Below, one piece after another: positions 25,054 to 38,511 of a DNA stretch of 64,000 nt. The number at the start of each line of letters is the position of its first letter. Within the stretch, counting starts at the first letter, position 1. The DNA comes from Octopus vulgaris (taxonomy: Eukaryota), in contig OX597818.1 of assembly GCA_951406725.2 (NCBI GenBank), positions 130,200,001 through 130,264,000 of the forward strand, written 5' to 3'. Below the pieces are notes generated by a model. It ran no database searches, was not told the origin of the DNA, and was given only the letters and a program-made list of their open reading frames with translations. The position numbers were made by a program, and so were the translations under genes.

Positions 25054-25286
25054 GTAATAATAATAATAATAATAATAACAATAGTAATAATAAAGATAGT
25101 AACCACAAATTAATGGAAAGACATGTAGAAAGTTTATAAATAAATAAGTAAATAAATAAAAATTGCTGCTTTTGTGGGAAAATTATTTTGGTTTGTATCT
25201 CAGCAATTGAGTGGTTAACTCATGGCTCAGAAGAGATTTAAAAGAGGAAAAAAAGAGAAGAAACTCAACATGGTAGTTTAGTCAAA

Positions 25287-25590
<304 letters not shown>

Positions 25591-27035
25591 TACATGCATA
25601 CCCAAACACATTTATGTATATGCATGCCTACATTATATGTACTACATATAAATCCAGATGCTCAAGTATGCATATGCACACAAAAATATTTATAAGATAT
25701 GAATATAAGTACATAAAATATGATATATATACATGTACTTAGTTCACTTATATATATATATATATATATACATACACCCACGCACATAAACATATATATG
25801 TCCAAAGATTGTATATACATATGTATATGTATAAACATATATACGCACACACATGATATGTGTGTATGTGTGTGTGTGCGCGAATATATATATATGTATA
25901 TATGTTGATGAAGAAAAGCCTGTTCAAATATTTGATAAATAATTACTTATCAACAAATCAATCAATTTATTCCTTACTAAAACAACATTGGATGTAATTA
26001 ATTGGTTTAGAAATCATTAATCAATCTTGATAAAGAAATAAGCTTTTACAATTTTGCTAGAATTCTTTGCAAACACAAAAATTGTTATATGTCTCCAGGG
26101 GTGGGTACAGAATAATGGAGATTTTTTTGTGGCCGTGTGTATATAGAAATGCATATATGCATGTGTAAGGGATGTTTGCATCTGCGTGCAGCTGTAAATA
26201 AGTGTATTCAATGGCTAATGCATATTTTTGTAATGTAATGCATTTGTGTTTCTTTTCTTGCTTTATTTTCATAAGTCTTCATATATATATATATGTGTGT
26301 GTGTAATATATATATGTATATATATATATATATGCATGTATGTATTTTCATAAGTTTTTACATATATACATGTATAATTATGTTCTAATAGTTTAATGGG
26401 GAAGAGGAGATGCTATTTCACTAACATAATTTAATTTTTGATTCTGAGTTTTTATTGGCTCAAATTGAAATAGCAACATTAAAAAAAATAGCTAAAAACA
26501 TTTGCAAAAACAAAAGAATCTAAGGACTGCAAATAAAGGTTGAACAAGCACACAGCCAATAATTTAAACTGATTAATTCAGTTTGCCACAATCTCTAGGA
26601 AAAAAAAAAAAAAAAAGAAAAGAAACTAAGTTAGAATGTATAGATTGCTGACAGTCTGGTTATTAATTCCAGTAATTTCAACACAAATGTATGAAATAGG
26701 TTACAGCTTGGAAATCTTGCACAACAGGACTGCAATATGTATAAATATATCAAGCATAATGCAATATAATGGTCAGATTTGTTTCACCATAGCTATGATG
26801 GCCTGCCATTGGTTAGATTTACATAGTAGCACACTCCTCAGCAGCACCAATTAGAACAAGTTATTACAAAGGTCACTGCTGTTTAGGCATCAGAATGACA
26901 TATATATATGTGTATGCATTATAAACTTGTACAAACACACGCCTACATTACCTACATACAAACCTTACACATGGTTTCACCTACAAAAGCTCAGCAATGG
27001 GTCTAAGTATTAAGAATAATATTTACAACAATTAA

Positions 27036-27681
27036 CTCTTTATAATTCAAATTACTCTGTCAAATGTAATGCTTGCTTATTCACATTGTTGTGAATTAAT
27101 TCTGCATCACCTTGCAGCTTTGAGATTTTGATGATGTGATCGCTTATTTTTAGAATGACATTGTAGGGTAGGTATGAGAAGCCAGATCTGGCCAGTTTGA
27201 ACATAAAGCAGGTAGAATATTTTGGCTGGATATACTCTTTACTCTCTCTTTACTCTTTTACTTGTTTCAGTCATTTGACTGCAGCCATGCTGGAGCACCG
27301 CCTTTAGTCGAGCAACTCGACCCCGGGACTTATTCTTTTGTAAGCCCAGTACTTATTCTATCGGTCTCTTTTGCCGAACCACTAAGTAACGGGGACATAA
27401 ACACACCAGCATCGGTTGTCAAGCAATGCTAGGGGGACAAACACAGACACACAAACATACACGCACACACATATATATATACATATATACGATGGGCTTC
27501 TTACAGTTTCCGTCTACCAAATCCACTCACAAGGCATTGGTCGGCCCGGGGCTATAGCAGAAGACACTTGCCCAAGATGCCATGCAGTGGGACTGAACCC
27601 GGAACCATGTGGTTGGTTAGCAAGCTACTTACCACACAGCCACTCCTGTCCGGATATGGACAATTTAAATGCTAAAAAGGG
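27036..27681. mobile_element. piggyBac-type MITE with nested SINE A
   Basis: TTAA at 27032-27035 and 27682-27685; ends ctctttataattca / ttaaatgctaaaaaggg. Confidence 0.75.
27234..27649 (-). mobile_element. SINE family A, young
   Basis: TSD-like cYggatat at 27226-27233 and 27650-27657. Confidence 0.93.
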
Positions 27682-28281
27682 TTAAAGTTCAGTATTTTTG
27701 TCAATGATATAATCCAATGCACAGCGAGCAATAAACGAGGACTTCAGTTTACAATCTAGTTTTGATTCGTCTGTCACAGTTTAAAATATAGGTGTGAGTG
27801 TGGCCTTGTAGTAAACCGTTCACTTCACGACCATGTGGTTTTGACTTCAGCCACACTGAGCAGCACTTTGGCTAAGTGTCTTCTACTTTAGCCCTAGACT
27901 AACCAATGCTTTGTGAGTGAATTTAGTAGGTGGAAATTTAAAGGAAACCAGACTTATTCATATATACATACTCAGCCATGTGTGTGTATATGTGTGTAAA
28001 CCTTACCTCTCATTGTGGTTTGGTGGCACAAAGCAAAGCAAGCCTTGCTTTCAAGTCAAGAAACCATAGTAAATGGCCCACAAGTGCTCAAATTGAGTTG
28101 TCAACTGGTTTCATTTGCCAAAATTCTTGCAAGGCTCTAGCAGTCCTCAAGAAACACATTCGTGTCCATAAAACATGATTAACACTTTATTTTACTGAAC
28201 CCTCATTTGTTGTTCACTACAAGAAAATCCATCACATATGTGTGTGTATATATATATGTATATATATATATTGGGCTTCTG

Positions 28282-28490
28282 GGTGCTGGTGCCATGCAAA
28301 AGCCTCTGTGCTGGCGCTATGTAAAAGCATCCAGTACACTCCATACAGTGGTTAATGTTGGGAAGAACATCCACCCACAAAAATCATACCAAAACTGACA
28401 TGGAGCCTGAGTAGTTTTTCAGCCGGTCAGCTCCTGTGAAATCATCCCGCCCGCGCTAGCATGGAAAACGGACATTAAATGAGGATGATT
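28282..28490 (+). mobile_element. SINE family F, degraded
   Basis: tgtaaaagcatccagtacactc...gctagcatggaaaacggacattaaatgaggatgat. Confidence 0.75.
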
Positions 28491-28544
28491 ATATACATAT
28501 ACACATCCCTTTTTCTTGTTATATATATATATATGTATACATTA

Positions 28545-28909
28545 TTTTTCTTTTATCCTTTTTTATTTCTTTCAGTCATCTGACTGTGGCCATGCTGGAG
28601 CACCACCTTTAGTTGAACAAATCAACCCCAGGACTTATTCTTTGTAAGCCTAGTACTTATTCTATCGGTCTCTTTTGCCAAGCCGCTGAGTTATGGGAAT
28701 GTAAACACACCAACGTCGGTTGCACACATACAAACACACATAAACAATAGGCTTCTTTCAGCTTCCGTCTACCAAATCCACTCGCAAGGCTTTGGTCAGC
28801 CTGAGGCTATAGTAGAAAACACTTGCCCAAGGTGCCATGCAGTGGGACTGAACCTTGAAACCATGTGGTTGGGAAGCAAGCTTCATACCACACAACCGTG
28901 CCTGCACCT
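28545..28909 (-). mobile_element. SINE family A
   Basis: Homology to other A copies. Confidence 0.9.
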
Positions 28910-29039
28910 GTATCAGCAAATCATCAGTAAAAAAAGTTTGCAAACTGGAATAAATTATTTTGCTGTGAGGTAAGAGAGAGCCATAACATTTCAAGCACTG
29001 AATAACTGAAGGAAACATTCAGTAAGAGATATCCATTAG

Positions 29040-29405
29040 AGGAGTGGCTGTGTGGTAAGTAGCTTGCTAACCAACCACACGGTTGCGGGTTCAGTCCCAC
29101 TGCGTGGCATCTTGGGCAAGTGTCTTCTGCTATAGCCCCGGGCCAACCAATGCCTTGTGAGTGGATTTGGTAGACGGAAACTGAAAGAAGCCTGTCGTAT
29201 ATATGTATATATATATGTATGCATGTGTTTGTGTGTCTGTGTTTGTCCCCCTAGCATTGCTTGACAACTGATGCTGGTGTGTTTAGGTCCCCGTCACTTA
29301 GCGGTTCGGCAAAAAGAGACCGATAGAATAAGTACTAAAAGGTGGTGCTCCAGCATGGCCGCAGTCAAATGACTGAAACAAGTAAAAGAGTAAAAGAGAG
29401 AGAGT
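29040..29405 (+). mobile_element. SINE family A with internal deletion near the 3' end
   Basis: aataagtact joins directly to aaaaggtggtgctcc. Confidence 0.9.
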
Positions 29406-29875
29406 AGAGACTCATCAGAAACTGACAGTCTAACCTAAAATTGAGCATCATTCGTAGATATACAAGTAGATAACTTAGCACTCAAGTCTTGTCATATTTA
29501 CTTCATATCATCTGTAGGACCAAGATGAAAATTGTAAATTACACAAAAGAATGAATATTTTGAGTCAATTAGCTAAATTAAACCTCAAAATTCAGCAGAA
29601 AATGTATACACAATATGATCAGTTTAGTCTCTCATAGTAAATTTAAAAGAAAGTGTTAAAGTTTTGAATCAATCATTAATGATTTTATTCATTAATATAG
29701 ATATTCAAGAAAAGCTGATGAGATAATGGTGATGACAAGCATTAATGATACTGACAATATTAATAATGATGATGGTGGTGGTGGTGGTGATGGTGGTGGT
29801 GTTAATGCTCATGATAAATTATTGTGATGATAGAGAGGTGCACGATAATGATAATATTAAAGATGATACGTAAAA

Positions 29876-30055
29876 TAGTGAGCTGGCAGAATCATAAGCA
29901 TCTTTACATACTAAGTTCAAATTCCATTGAGGTCGACTTGGCCTTCATCCTTTCTGGGTGGATAAAATAAGCACCAGTTGAACACTGGTGTTGATGTAAT
30001 CGATTTATCCCTTCTGAAATTGCTGGCCTTGTGCTGAAATTTGAAATCAATATTA
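29876..30055 (+). mobile_element. SINE family B, older subfamily
   Basis: gtgagctggcagaatc...aagttcaaattcc...gaaatttgaaatc. Confidence 0.75.
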
Positions 30056-30065
30056 AAGATGCTGG

Positions 30066-30381
30066 TGGAGGCGCAATGACCCAGTGGTTAGAGCAGCGAA
30101 CTCATGGTCGGAGGATCGCGGTTTCGATTCCCAGACAGGGTGTTGTGTGTGTTTATGGAGCGAAAACACCTAAAGCTCCACAAGGCTCTGGTATGGGGTG
30201 GTGGCGACCCCTGTTGTACACTTTCATCCCAACTTTCTCTCACTCTTTCTTCCTATTTCTTGAGTAATACTGCGATGGACTGGTGTCCCATCGAGCTGGG
30301 GGGAACATATATGCCATAGAAACTGGGAAACCAGACCCATGGGCCTGGCTAGGTTTGAAAAGGGTGCATAAATAAAAAAAA
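30066..30381 (+). mobile_element. Chimeric SINE: family C head and body plus family D tail, TSD-flanked
   Basis: C sequence up to ctttcttcctatttct, then D tail tgagtaatactgcgatggactgg...aagggtgcat; TSD attaaagatg(c/a)tgg at 30052-30065 and 30382-30395. Confidence 0.88.
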
Positions 30382-30392
30382 ATTAAAGATGA

Positions 30393-30718
30393 TGGCGCAT
30401 CAGGCTCACAATCATGATGTTCTGAGTTTGATTCTTGGACCAGGCTTTGTGTTGTGTTCTTGAGCAAGACACTTTATTTCATGTTGCTCCAGTTCACTCG
30501 GCTGCAGAAATAAGTTGTGACATCACTGGTGCCAAGCTGTATCGGCCTTTGCCTTTCCCTTGGATAACATCGGTGGCATGGAGAGGGGAGGCCAGTATGT
30601 ATGGGTGACGGGTGGTCTTCCATGAACAACCTTGCTCGAACTTATACCTCGGAGGGTAACTTTCTTGTTGCAATCCCATGGTCATTCATGACCAAAAGGT
30701 GTTTTACCCTTAACCTTT
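30393..30718 (+). mobile_element. SINE family E
   Basis: cttgagcaagacactttatttcatgttgctccagttcactc...ggtcattcatgacc...taccct. Confidence 0.85.
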
Positions 30719-31053
30719 ATGATAATAATAATAACAGCAACTAAAATTCAATTATTTTGATAGCAAGTGTATAAAAAGCTGAAGTACAGCTAGCTGAGAG
30801 TCCTGCTATTAAGAGCTGGGAATTTTGAAGGGAACTTTGGACAACCAACTTACACATCGTAGCAGATTTTACATGGTTACTTGACTTGGTAGAAGTCATA
30901 TCATTTTCAAATAACATTTCTCAAAAATTAAGATTAAGGTCATGTCGTCTGGGGATTCACTTTACCTGTAAAATGAGGGAATGGTCGTTGCCAGATCAGA
31001 GCCTTCTTGGGTCTAAACAACAATAGCAAGGATATTTGCAGAACAAACATCAA

Positions 31054-31438
31054 CTAGCTTGCTAACCAACCACATGGTTCCAGGTTCAGTCCCACTGCAT
31101 GGCATCTTGGGCAAGTGTCTTCTGCTATAGCCCCGGGCCGACCAATGCCTTGTGAGTGGATTTGGTAGACGGAAACTGAAAGAAGCCTGTCGTATATATG
31201 TATATATATATATAAGTGTGTGTGTATATGTTTGTGTGTCTGTGTTTGTCCCCCTAGCATTGCTTGAAAACCGATGCTGGTGTGTTTACATCCCCGTCAC
31301 TTAGCGGTTCGGCAAAAGAGACCGATAGAATAAGTACTGGGCTTACAAAGAATAAGTCCCGGGGTCGATTTGCTCGACTAAAGGCGGTGCTCCAGCATGG
31401 CCGCAGTCAAATGACTGAAACAAGTAAAAAAAAAAAAA
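31054..31438 (+). mobile_element. SINE family A, slightly 5' truncated, A-tailed
   Basis: Homology to other A copies. Confidence 0.92.
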
Positions 31439-31472
31439 GGTGAGGAACAGGTGATATACTTTTCCTACTCAC

Positions 31473-31554
31473 CCTGAAGAAAACAATAGACGTCACTGAC
31501 ACCACGGAACGGAACGAGTAATAAGAACAAGAAGGTAAGTTGATATGGAAGCAT
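31473..31554 (-). CDS. Candidate host exon (signal-peptide-like, phase-1 donor)
   Basis: Minus strand ATG..MLPYQLTFLFLLLVPFRGVSDVYCFLQ+G followed by GTGAGT; unique sequence between SINEs; no partner exon identified. Confidence 0.22.
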
Positions 31555-31727
31555 CAATGACAACAAACAATCATCTGCTGATATATTATTGTTAGTGATT
31601 AACCCCAGGTTAAGGTAATGAGGATCAAGATTCTACCTATGACCATTCCATCATTTTAGACAGACCATTTTAGTTATGACCATCATTTAGATTCATGTAA
31701 TCCTGACTACATGTTCTGCATCAAGTC

Positions 31728-31758
31728 CGACTGAAAGAAGCCTGTTGTATGTGTGTGT

Positions 31759-31789
<31 letters not shown>

Positions 31790-32020
31790 GGGGGGGTGGG
31801 TGTATATCTGTATTTGTTCCCCCTCACCACTTGGCAACAGGTTGGGTGAATTTACGCCCTTGTAACTTAGCGGTTCAACAAAAGAGACCAATATAATAAG
31901 TACCAGGCCTTAAAAAAAAGAAAAGGTACTGGCTTTGATTTCTTTAACTAAAAATTCTTCGAGATGGTGCCCCAGCTTGGCCGCAGTCTAATGACTGAAA
32001 CCAGTAAAAGATAAAAGATA
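31728..32020 (+). mobile_element. SINE family A, 5' truncated older copy
   Basis: actgaaagaagcctg...cagtctaatgactgaaaccagtaaaagataaaag. Confidence 0.85.
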
Positions 32021-33115
32021 GAAGATTATCTAAGAGATTATCTAATGCATCCTGAAATTAGATAATACAACAGGATGTGATTTCAGAGAGATTTGAGTGC
32101 TATTTCTAGCAGGTCGAGTAACCAGTTAAAGGCTTCCACTGTGTCTGGCATATTGTTGTTGCCGGCACAAATTATGACATGACCAGAGAAGAAATGGTGT
32201 GGAGATGATATTGCCAGCGATGCGAGTATTGTGACATTGCTACATTTATATCAACTGTGGTTGTGGTGGGAGATCAGAATGGTGGCAGCAGTGTTGGCGT
32301 GAACAAACGGAGCATATCTATAGTCTGATAACAAGCTATTAAATGGAGATGAGGGGGGTTCAATTATTGCAACATCAACTGGACTTAAACACTTCTCGTA
32401 CAAGGTTTCTTTAATAGATATTTTTTTTCTTTTATGTTAATCATTTATATTTTTTTTATATTTTCTTTTACTTTCTTATTTATTTATTTTTGGATACAGA
32501 ACAGAAGGAAGGAAGGATGGTAAGTGGTAGCAAAATTATTTGAAAACAGTGGACATATTCTTTCTTATTAGACCAGTCAGACATTACAGTTGGCATTTTT
32601 GGAATTACAATAAATCTAGAATAAAGAGTTCATTACAACTGATTTACTAAGAACTTTATTGCAAAGCTAACCTCCTTCCATTCCTCTAGCCCAATCTCTT
32701 TACTTCACTCACATCATATACCACCACCACTACCACAACTAAGGCAAGCAACCACCACCACCATCATCACCATCATCACCACCATCATCATCATCATCAT
32801 CACCAGCAACACTGCCAGTGTATAAACTTTCTCCAATAAATCACACAGGCGATACAATATTAACTATCAGGTCTGACGTGATTTATGAGATCTTACAGAT
32901 GTACTTGTGTGAAGAAAATATCAGTTAAAAAGCTGTTGTTATATTTATTGTTGATTCAGTGACATAAGTCTCAGTTGAAAAAAAATAAAATAAAAATAAT
33001 GATAATAAACTACAGACTATTACTGCTATCACAACCAAAATACAGTATATATGAATAAACTGATTTATTAGCGCTGCACAAATTTCATTGGGCCCTAGTT
33101 TTGAGTAAAACAGGC

Positions 33116-33288
33116 ATATACATACATACATACATACATATATATACATATATACATACATATATATACATATACATATATACATATATATATATACATA
33201 CATATATATATATACATACATATATATATATACATACATATATATATATACATACATATATATATACATACATATATATATACATACA

Positions 33289-33320
<32 letters not shown>

Positions 33321-33466
33321 CATACATATATATATATACATACATATACATACATATACATACATGTACATATATACATACATATATATATGTATGTATA
33401 TTTATATATATATACATATATATATCTAAATATACATACATATATGTATGTATACATACATACACG

Positions 33467-33497
<31 letters not shown>
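33116..33497. repeat. (TA)n/(TACA)n microsatellite
   Basis: Direct inspection. Confidence 0.95.
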
Positions 33498-33500
<3 letters not shown>

Positions 33501-34229
33501 CATACACATGCATTTTTAAATGTGCACATACACAGATAGATAGATAAGCACATGCACATAACCATATATACACATGTGTGTGTGTGTGTATACTGAACAC
33601 ATACAATTATATGTACATTAACACATGCATGTGTATGTATGTGTAGGCACACAAAATGTTTATATAAAAATGTAGCAATAGTAGTAGTAGTAGTAATAAT
33701 AATACTTTTTTATTAGGCACAAAGCCCTTTAAAAATCACAATAATAATGTTAATAATGTGAGTAAAACACAAATAAAAGAACGGCAACAGCAACAACAAC
33801 AATAACATTAACAATAATCAAAAGCACAATTACAAATAATTTTGACACCTGAAATATTATCATTACAGCATGTTCACAAGAAATATTACAATATTAGTTG
33901 GAAAAATCAATGTTATAAACATTGTATGATTAGTAAGCTGAATTAGATATAAATAGACTGCTAATAGAGTGACTTTCATTTATTTCATTTACTTATTCAC
34001 ATCGCTTTTCCCTTTCTTGTTTTACCATTGTTGATGTACTCACAAAAGATGGAAACAGTAAAATATATATATAAAAAAAAAATCTTTATTATTATTATTA
34101 TTATTATTATCATTATTATTATTATTATTGTTGTTGTTGTTGTTATTTTGGTTATTGTTTATAAGGGCAGTAGATTTTTATTCTGAATTGTTAGAACATT
34201 GGAACAATATCTCCTATGGAATTTCTGGC

Positions 34230-34821
34230 AGGCGTATGAGTGGCTGTGTGGTAAGTAGCTTGCTTACGAACCACATGGTTCCGTGTTCAGTCCCACTGCG
34301 TGGCACCTTGAGCAAATGTGTCTTCTACTATGGCTTCGGGTCGACCAAAGCCTTGTGAGTGGATTTGGTAGACGGAAACTGAAAGAAGCCTGTCGTATAT
34401 ATGAATATGTATATATATGTATGTGTGTGTATATGTTTGTGTGTTTGTGTTTGTTCCCCCAACATCACTTGATAATCGATGCTGGTGTGTTTGCATCCCC
34501 ATAACATAGCAGGCCGACCAAAGCCATGTGAGTGGATTTGGTAGACGGAAACTGAAAGAAGCCTGTCGTATATATGTATATGTATATATATATGTATGTG
34601 TGTGTATATGTTTGTGTGTCTGTGTTTGTTCCCCCAACATCACTTGACAATCGATGCTGGTGTGTTTGCATCCCCATAACATAGCAGTTCGGCAAAAGAG
34701 AATGATAGAATAAGTACTAGGCTTACAAAGAATAAGTTATGGGGTTGATTCGTTCGACTAAAGGCAATGCTCCAGCATGGCCACAGTCAAATGACTGAAA
34801 CAAGTAAAAGAGTAAAAGAGT
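34230..34821 (+). mobile_element. SINE family A with internal tandem duplication of about 174 bp
   Basis: 34339-34511 is repeated at 34512-34686. Confidence 0.92.
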
Positions 34822-34825
34822 ATTA

Positions 34826-35225
34826 TTATTTTGGTTATTGTTAATAGGGCAGTAGATTTTTCTGAATTTTTAGAACATTGGGAGAATATCTCCTGTGGAA
34901 TTTCTGGCAGCTCTTTAAATTACAAGTTCAAATTCCACCAAGCATGATTTTGCATTTCATCCTTTTGGAGTCGATAAATTAAGTACCAGTAAAACACTGG
35001 GTTGATGTAATCGACTATCCTCTCCCCCAAATCCTGCTATGGCCAACTTGGTTTTTCATCCTTTCTGTGTTGATAAAATAAAGTACCAGTCCAATACTGT
35101 GATCCTCCTCCTCCTCCTCGTCGTCGTCGTCGCCGCCGAAATTCCAGTTGAGTACTGGGGTCGAAGTAAACGACCAGTATCCTCCCTCTAAATTTCAGGC
35201 CTTGTGCATATAGCAGAAAGGGTTT
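34826..35225 (+). mobile_element. Tandem old family B copies and fragments
   Basis: Repeated ttcatccttt...gataaa(a/t)taa(a)gtaccag and tactggggtcg motifs. Confidence 0.7.
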
Positions 35226-35414
35226 TTATTATTAATTATTATTATTATTCTTGTTATCGTTGTTGTTATTATTATTAATTATTAATATCGCTGTTGTTAT
35301 TATTATTAATTATTATTATTATTATCGTTGTTGTTATTATTATTAATTATTATTATCATCGATGTTATTATTATTAATTATTAATTATTATTATTATCGA
35401 TGTTATTATTATTA

Positions 35415-35472
<58 letters not shown>

Positions 35473-35494
35473 GGGTGATGGATTGGCAGAACAG

Positions 35495-36326
35495 AGCTTC
35501 AGATAAAATACCTATATAAATATTCCACATAATTTAGGAATAATAGTAATCAAATATTGGATTAAGAAAACAGAGAAGCAAAAACGAAACATTACATCAG
35601 ATGGTCTTATTCTTAAATAAATACATTTCTTTTCCAATTGGAAAAAAAAACTATCTACATATTAAGATTCAACCATGAGAACTAAGTTTGCTCTAGTATA
35701 TGCAATGCAGTAATTAGATAACTGGGTCGAAAAGTGCTTCAAAAAGAAAAAGAAAATCATGGAATTGGTATAAGAGGACCTATGGACTGCTTTCTAAGAT
35801 GGTACCCTTCTCAATAATTTACATTAAGTTCTGGAAGTTACAAAAAAGATGAGCACTACAAAATAGCCAATACTAGACATAATGGTAATTAAAAAGAACA
35901 CCAACACCACAAGTGAGATTATGAAGACAGATGTTCATCAGTATCTGATACGACCTTTCTCATACAAAACTTAACATTACATACTGTGTAGTCTAGAAAA
36001 ATTGTACCATTATTAATGATGTAACTACCAGAAAACATTTAGCAAAACACAAAAGGTTTATTCTAAAACAAACATATACATCTCCTCACTTACTTAAGAT
36101 AGTATGGAACATACAAAAAATGTATCTATAGAAAAACTTTGAGCAACTATAGGCATAAGAGTGAGTGGCTGTGGGGTAAGTAGCTTGCTTACCAACCACA
36201 TGGTTCTGGGTTAGGTCCAACTGTGTGGCATCTTGGGCAAGTGTCTTCTAGTATAGCCTCAGGCCAACCAAAGCCTTGTGAGTGGATCTGGTTGATGGAA
36301 ACTGAAAGAAGCCCATCGTATATATG

Positions 36327-36363
<37 letters not shown>

Positions 36364-37110
36364 TTGTGTGTCTGTGTTTGTCCCCCCCAACATCACTTGA
36401 CAACCGATGCCGGTATGTTTACATCTCCGTAACTTAGCAGTTTGGCAAAAATGACCGATAGAATAAGTAACAGGCTTTCAAAGTCCTGGGGTCAATTTGC
36501 GTGACTAAAGGTGGTGCTCCAGCATGGCCACAGTCAAATAACTGAAACAAGTAAAAGAGTAAGAGTAAAAGAGTAACAAAAAAAAAACAAGGAACATATA
36601 ACTAGTATATAATATCACTTGCAGGGATACATAATACATGTAATTAGAATATTTTGAACATCTCCAACTCAAAGTAATAAATTAAAGGATTTAATTACTA
36701 AGAGAACACTCATTCAATTCAAATGACAATTAAACAACTTCAAACCATTGGTAACAAAGGCAAAGTTTGATTTACATAACAAAAATAAAACTTCACACTA
36801 TCTGAAAGCAATAACAATCACTGTAGCATATACCAGTTTATGCATGCTGATCCTTATATCAATACAAAGACTGGCAGAAAAATATAAATGCAAATTATAA
36901 AATCAGAAATCTGATTAACTGTAACAACTATCTGAATTGTGAAGAAATATATATATTGTCCAGAGTGGAAATTCGTTATCAGAGTAAATGTGAATACACC
37001 AACAGCAAGTCAGACCCTTATGTCAGACAGATCCCACTAAGTGATCACTAGGAAATATGCTATAGTAAAATATTTTAATATTCTTGTCTTCTAAACTTTC
37101 AAGACTGAAA
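35495..37110 (+). pseudogene. Decayed Penelope-like element (RT plus GIY-YIG), interrupted by SINE A
   Basis: Collinear broken motifs: YINIPHNLGIIVIKYWI, TMRTKFALVYA, PILDIMVIK..KTDVHQYL, HTKLNITYC..KNCTII, K*QLNNFKPLVTKAKF, RNLI..NCEE.YI.QSGNSL..IHQQQV.DPYVRQIPLSDH. Confidence 0.8.
36149..36575 (+). mobile_element. SINE family A
   Basis: Homology to other A copies. Confidence 0.9.
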
Positions 37111-37249
37111 TGAAGTTAAAAGAAAGGTAAAAGAAAAAATAAAATATATATATCTGGTTAAGTTACAATCTGATTAACATATACATACATACATATGTGT
37201 GTGTATCTCCCTCTCTCTTTATATCTATCTATCTATCTATCTAACTATC

Positions 37250-38508
37250 TAGGGTGCGGTGAATATATTATTATCCGCATTATACAAAAATTAAAATAAC
37301 ACTGACACTTCATTTTAACAGATATATTTACCAAAATTACTTTAAAATATCTTGAAATACTTAAGGGTAAATTTATTCAATAAAATCGCCATTGGCTTCA
37401 ACCATGAACTCTAGACGACTTCAGAATCTCCTGCAAAGATTTTGGATGGTCTTCTTGTTGAAGTTGGTGAATGCTGCCATAATTCTTGCCTTCAGTTCAT
37501 CTTTGGTGTTACAAGGAATTTTGTTGGTCTCTTGCTCAGCTATGCTCCACACATAATAATCGAGGGGATTGCAGTGTGGGGAGTTAGGTGGCTAGATATT
37601 AGGGGTGAGGTGGTCACAGAAATTGTCTGATAGCCATGACTGAGTTCTCCTGCTTGCGTGAGATGATGCAGAGTCCTGTTGCCAGACATGTGATCTTCCA
37701 GCAGCCACCATCTTGACCCAGGGCAGCACTACTTCTTCCAGGCACTCGATGTAGGCCTCCGTGTTGAGTCGGAGATCATGTGGGAAAATGAATGGAAGCA
37801 TAATGTTGCCATCACTAGTGATTCCTCCAAGCACCATGATCTTGACTGGATGTTTGATTTTTATCACCCTCAGTACATGTTTGGGGGACACGGTAAGCCA
37901 GCGGTTGTTCTATGTGTTCATCATCTGATCCTAGCAGAAATTTAGTTGGAGCATATCTAGTTGGAGGAGAAGTTTGAGTTTGTTTAAAAGCTTCGTAGTG
38001 TGGTCTATCGCCTTGTCCTTGATGGCTTCGGATAAAAATTGGCCCTTTCTCATCTTGTACAAGGAATACCAAATGTTTTCATGCACTACCTGCCTGATAA
38101 GAAACACAGATACTTCTATGTCTCTGGTGAGGAACCTGATTGTCTATCGTTGTCTATCATGACTTGAATCTCGCCAACAAGTTCAGGAGATCTTTTCTTA
38201 TCAGAATGATCAGAGTGAGTTTTCTGAGCTATCATAGCATCATAATCACCATTAGACTTGTTCTCTGCACTGTTCTCGGATTGACACACAAACACTCTGA
38301 AATGTTCGTATTAGAACTTCAGGCATGAAAGCCAAGCAGTACAGCATGTCGTTTCCAAATTGCTGGCTGAGTGAATTACGTCATGGTGCTGTTTTTCTCA
38401 TAGATGGTGATCAACTGACCCTACTACACTGTGTAGTCGACAAAATCAAAAACAATGTGCATATGTGAAATTAATATAAACTGGCGACAATTTACCTATC
38501 ACACCCTG
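37250..38508 (-). mobile_element. Tc1/mariner DD37D (maT) transposon, near full length, dead
   Basis: Ends agggtgcgg.. / ..cacaccctg-TA; transposase relic 38384-37373. Confidence 0.88.
37373..38384 (-). pseudogene. DD37D transposase pseudogene
   Basis: IMVLGGITSDG...WQQDSASSH...*PPNSPHCNPLDYYVW...EANGDFIE*; 37 residues between the 2nd and 3rd Asp; stops and frameshifts. Confidence 0.9.
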
Positions 38509-38511
38509 TAT

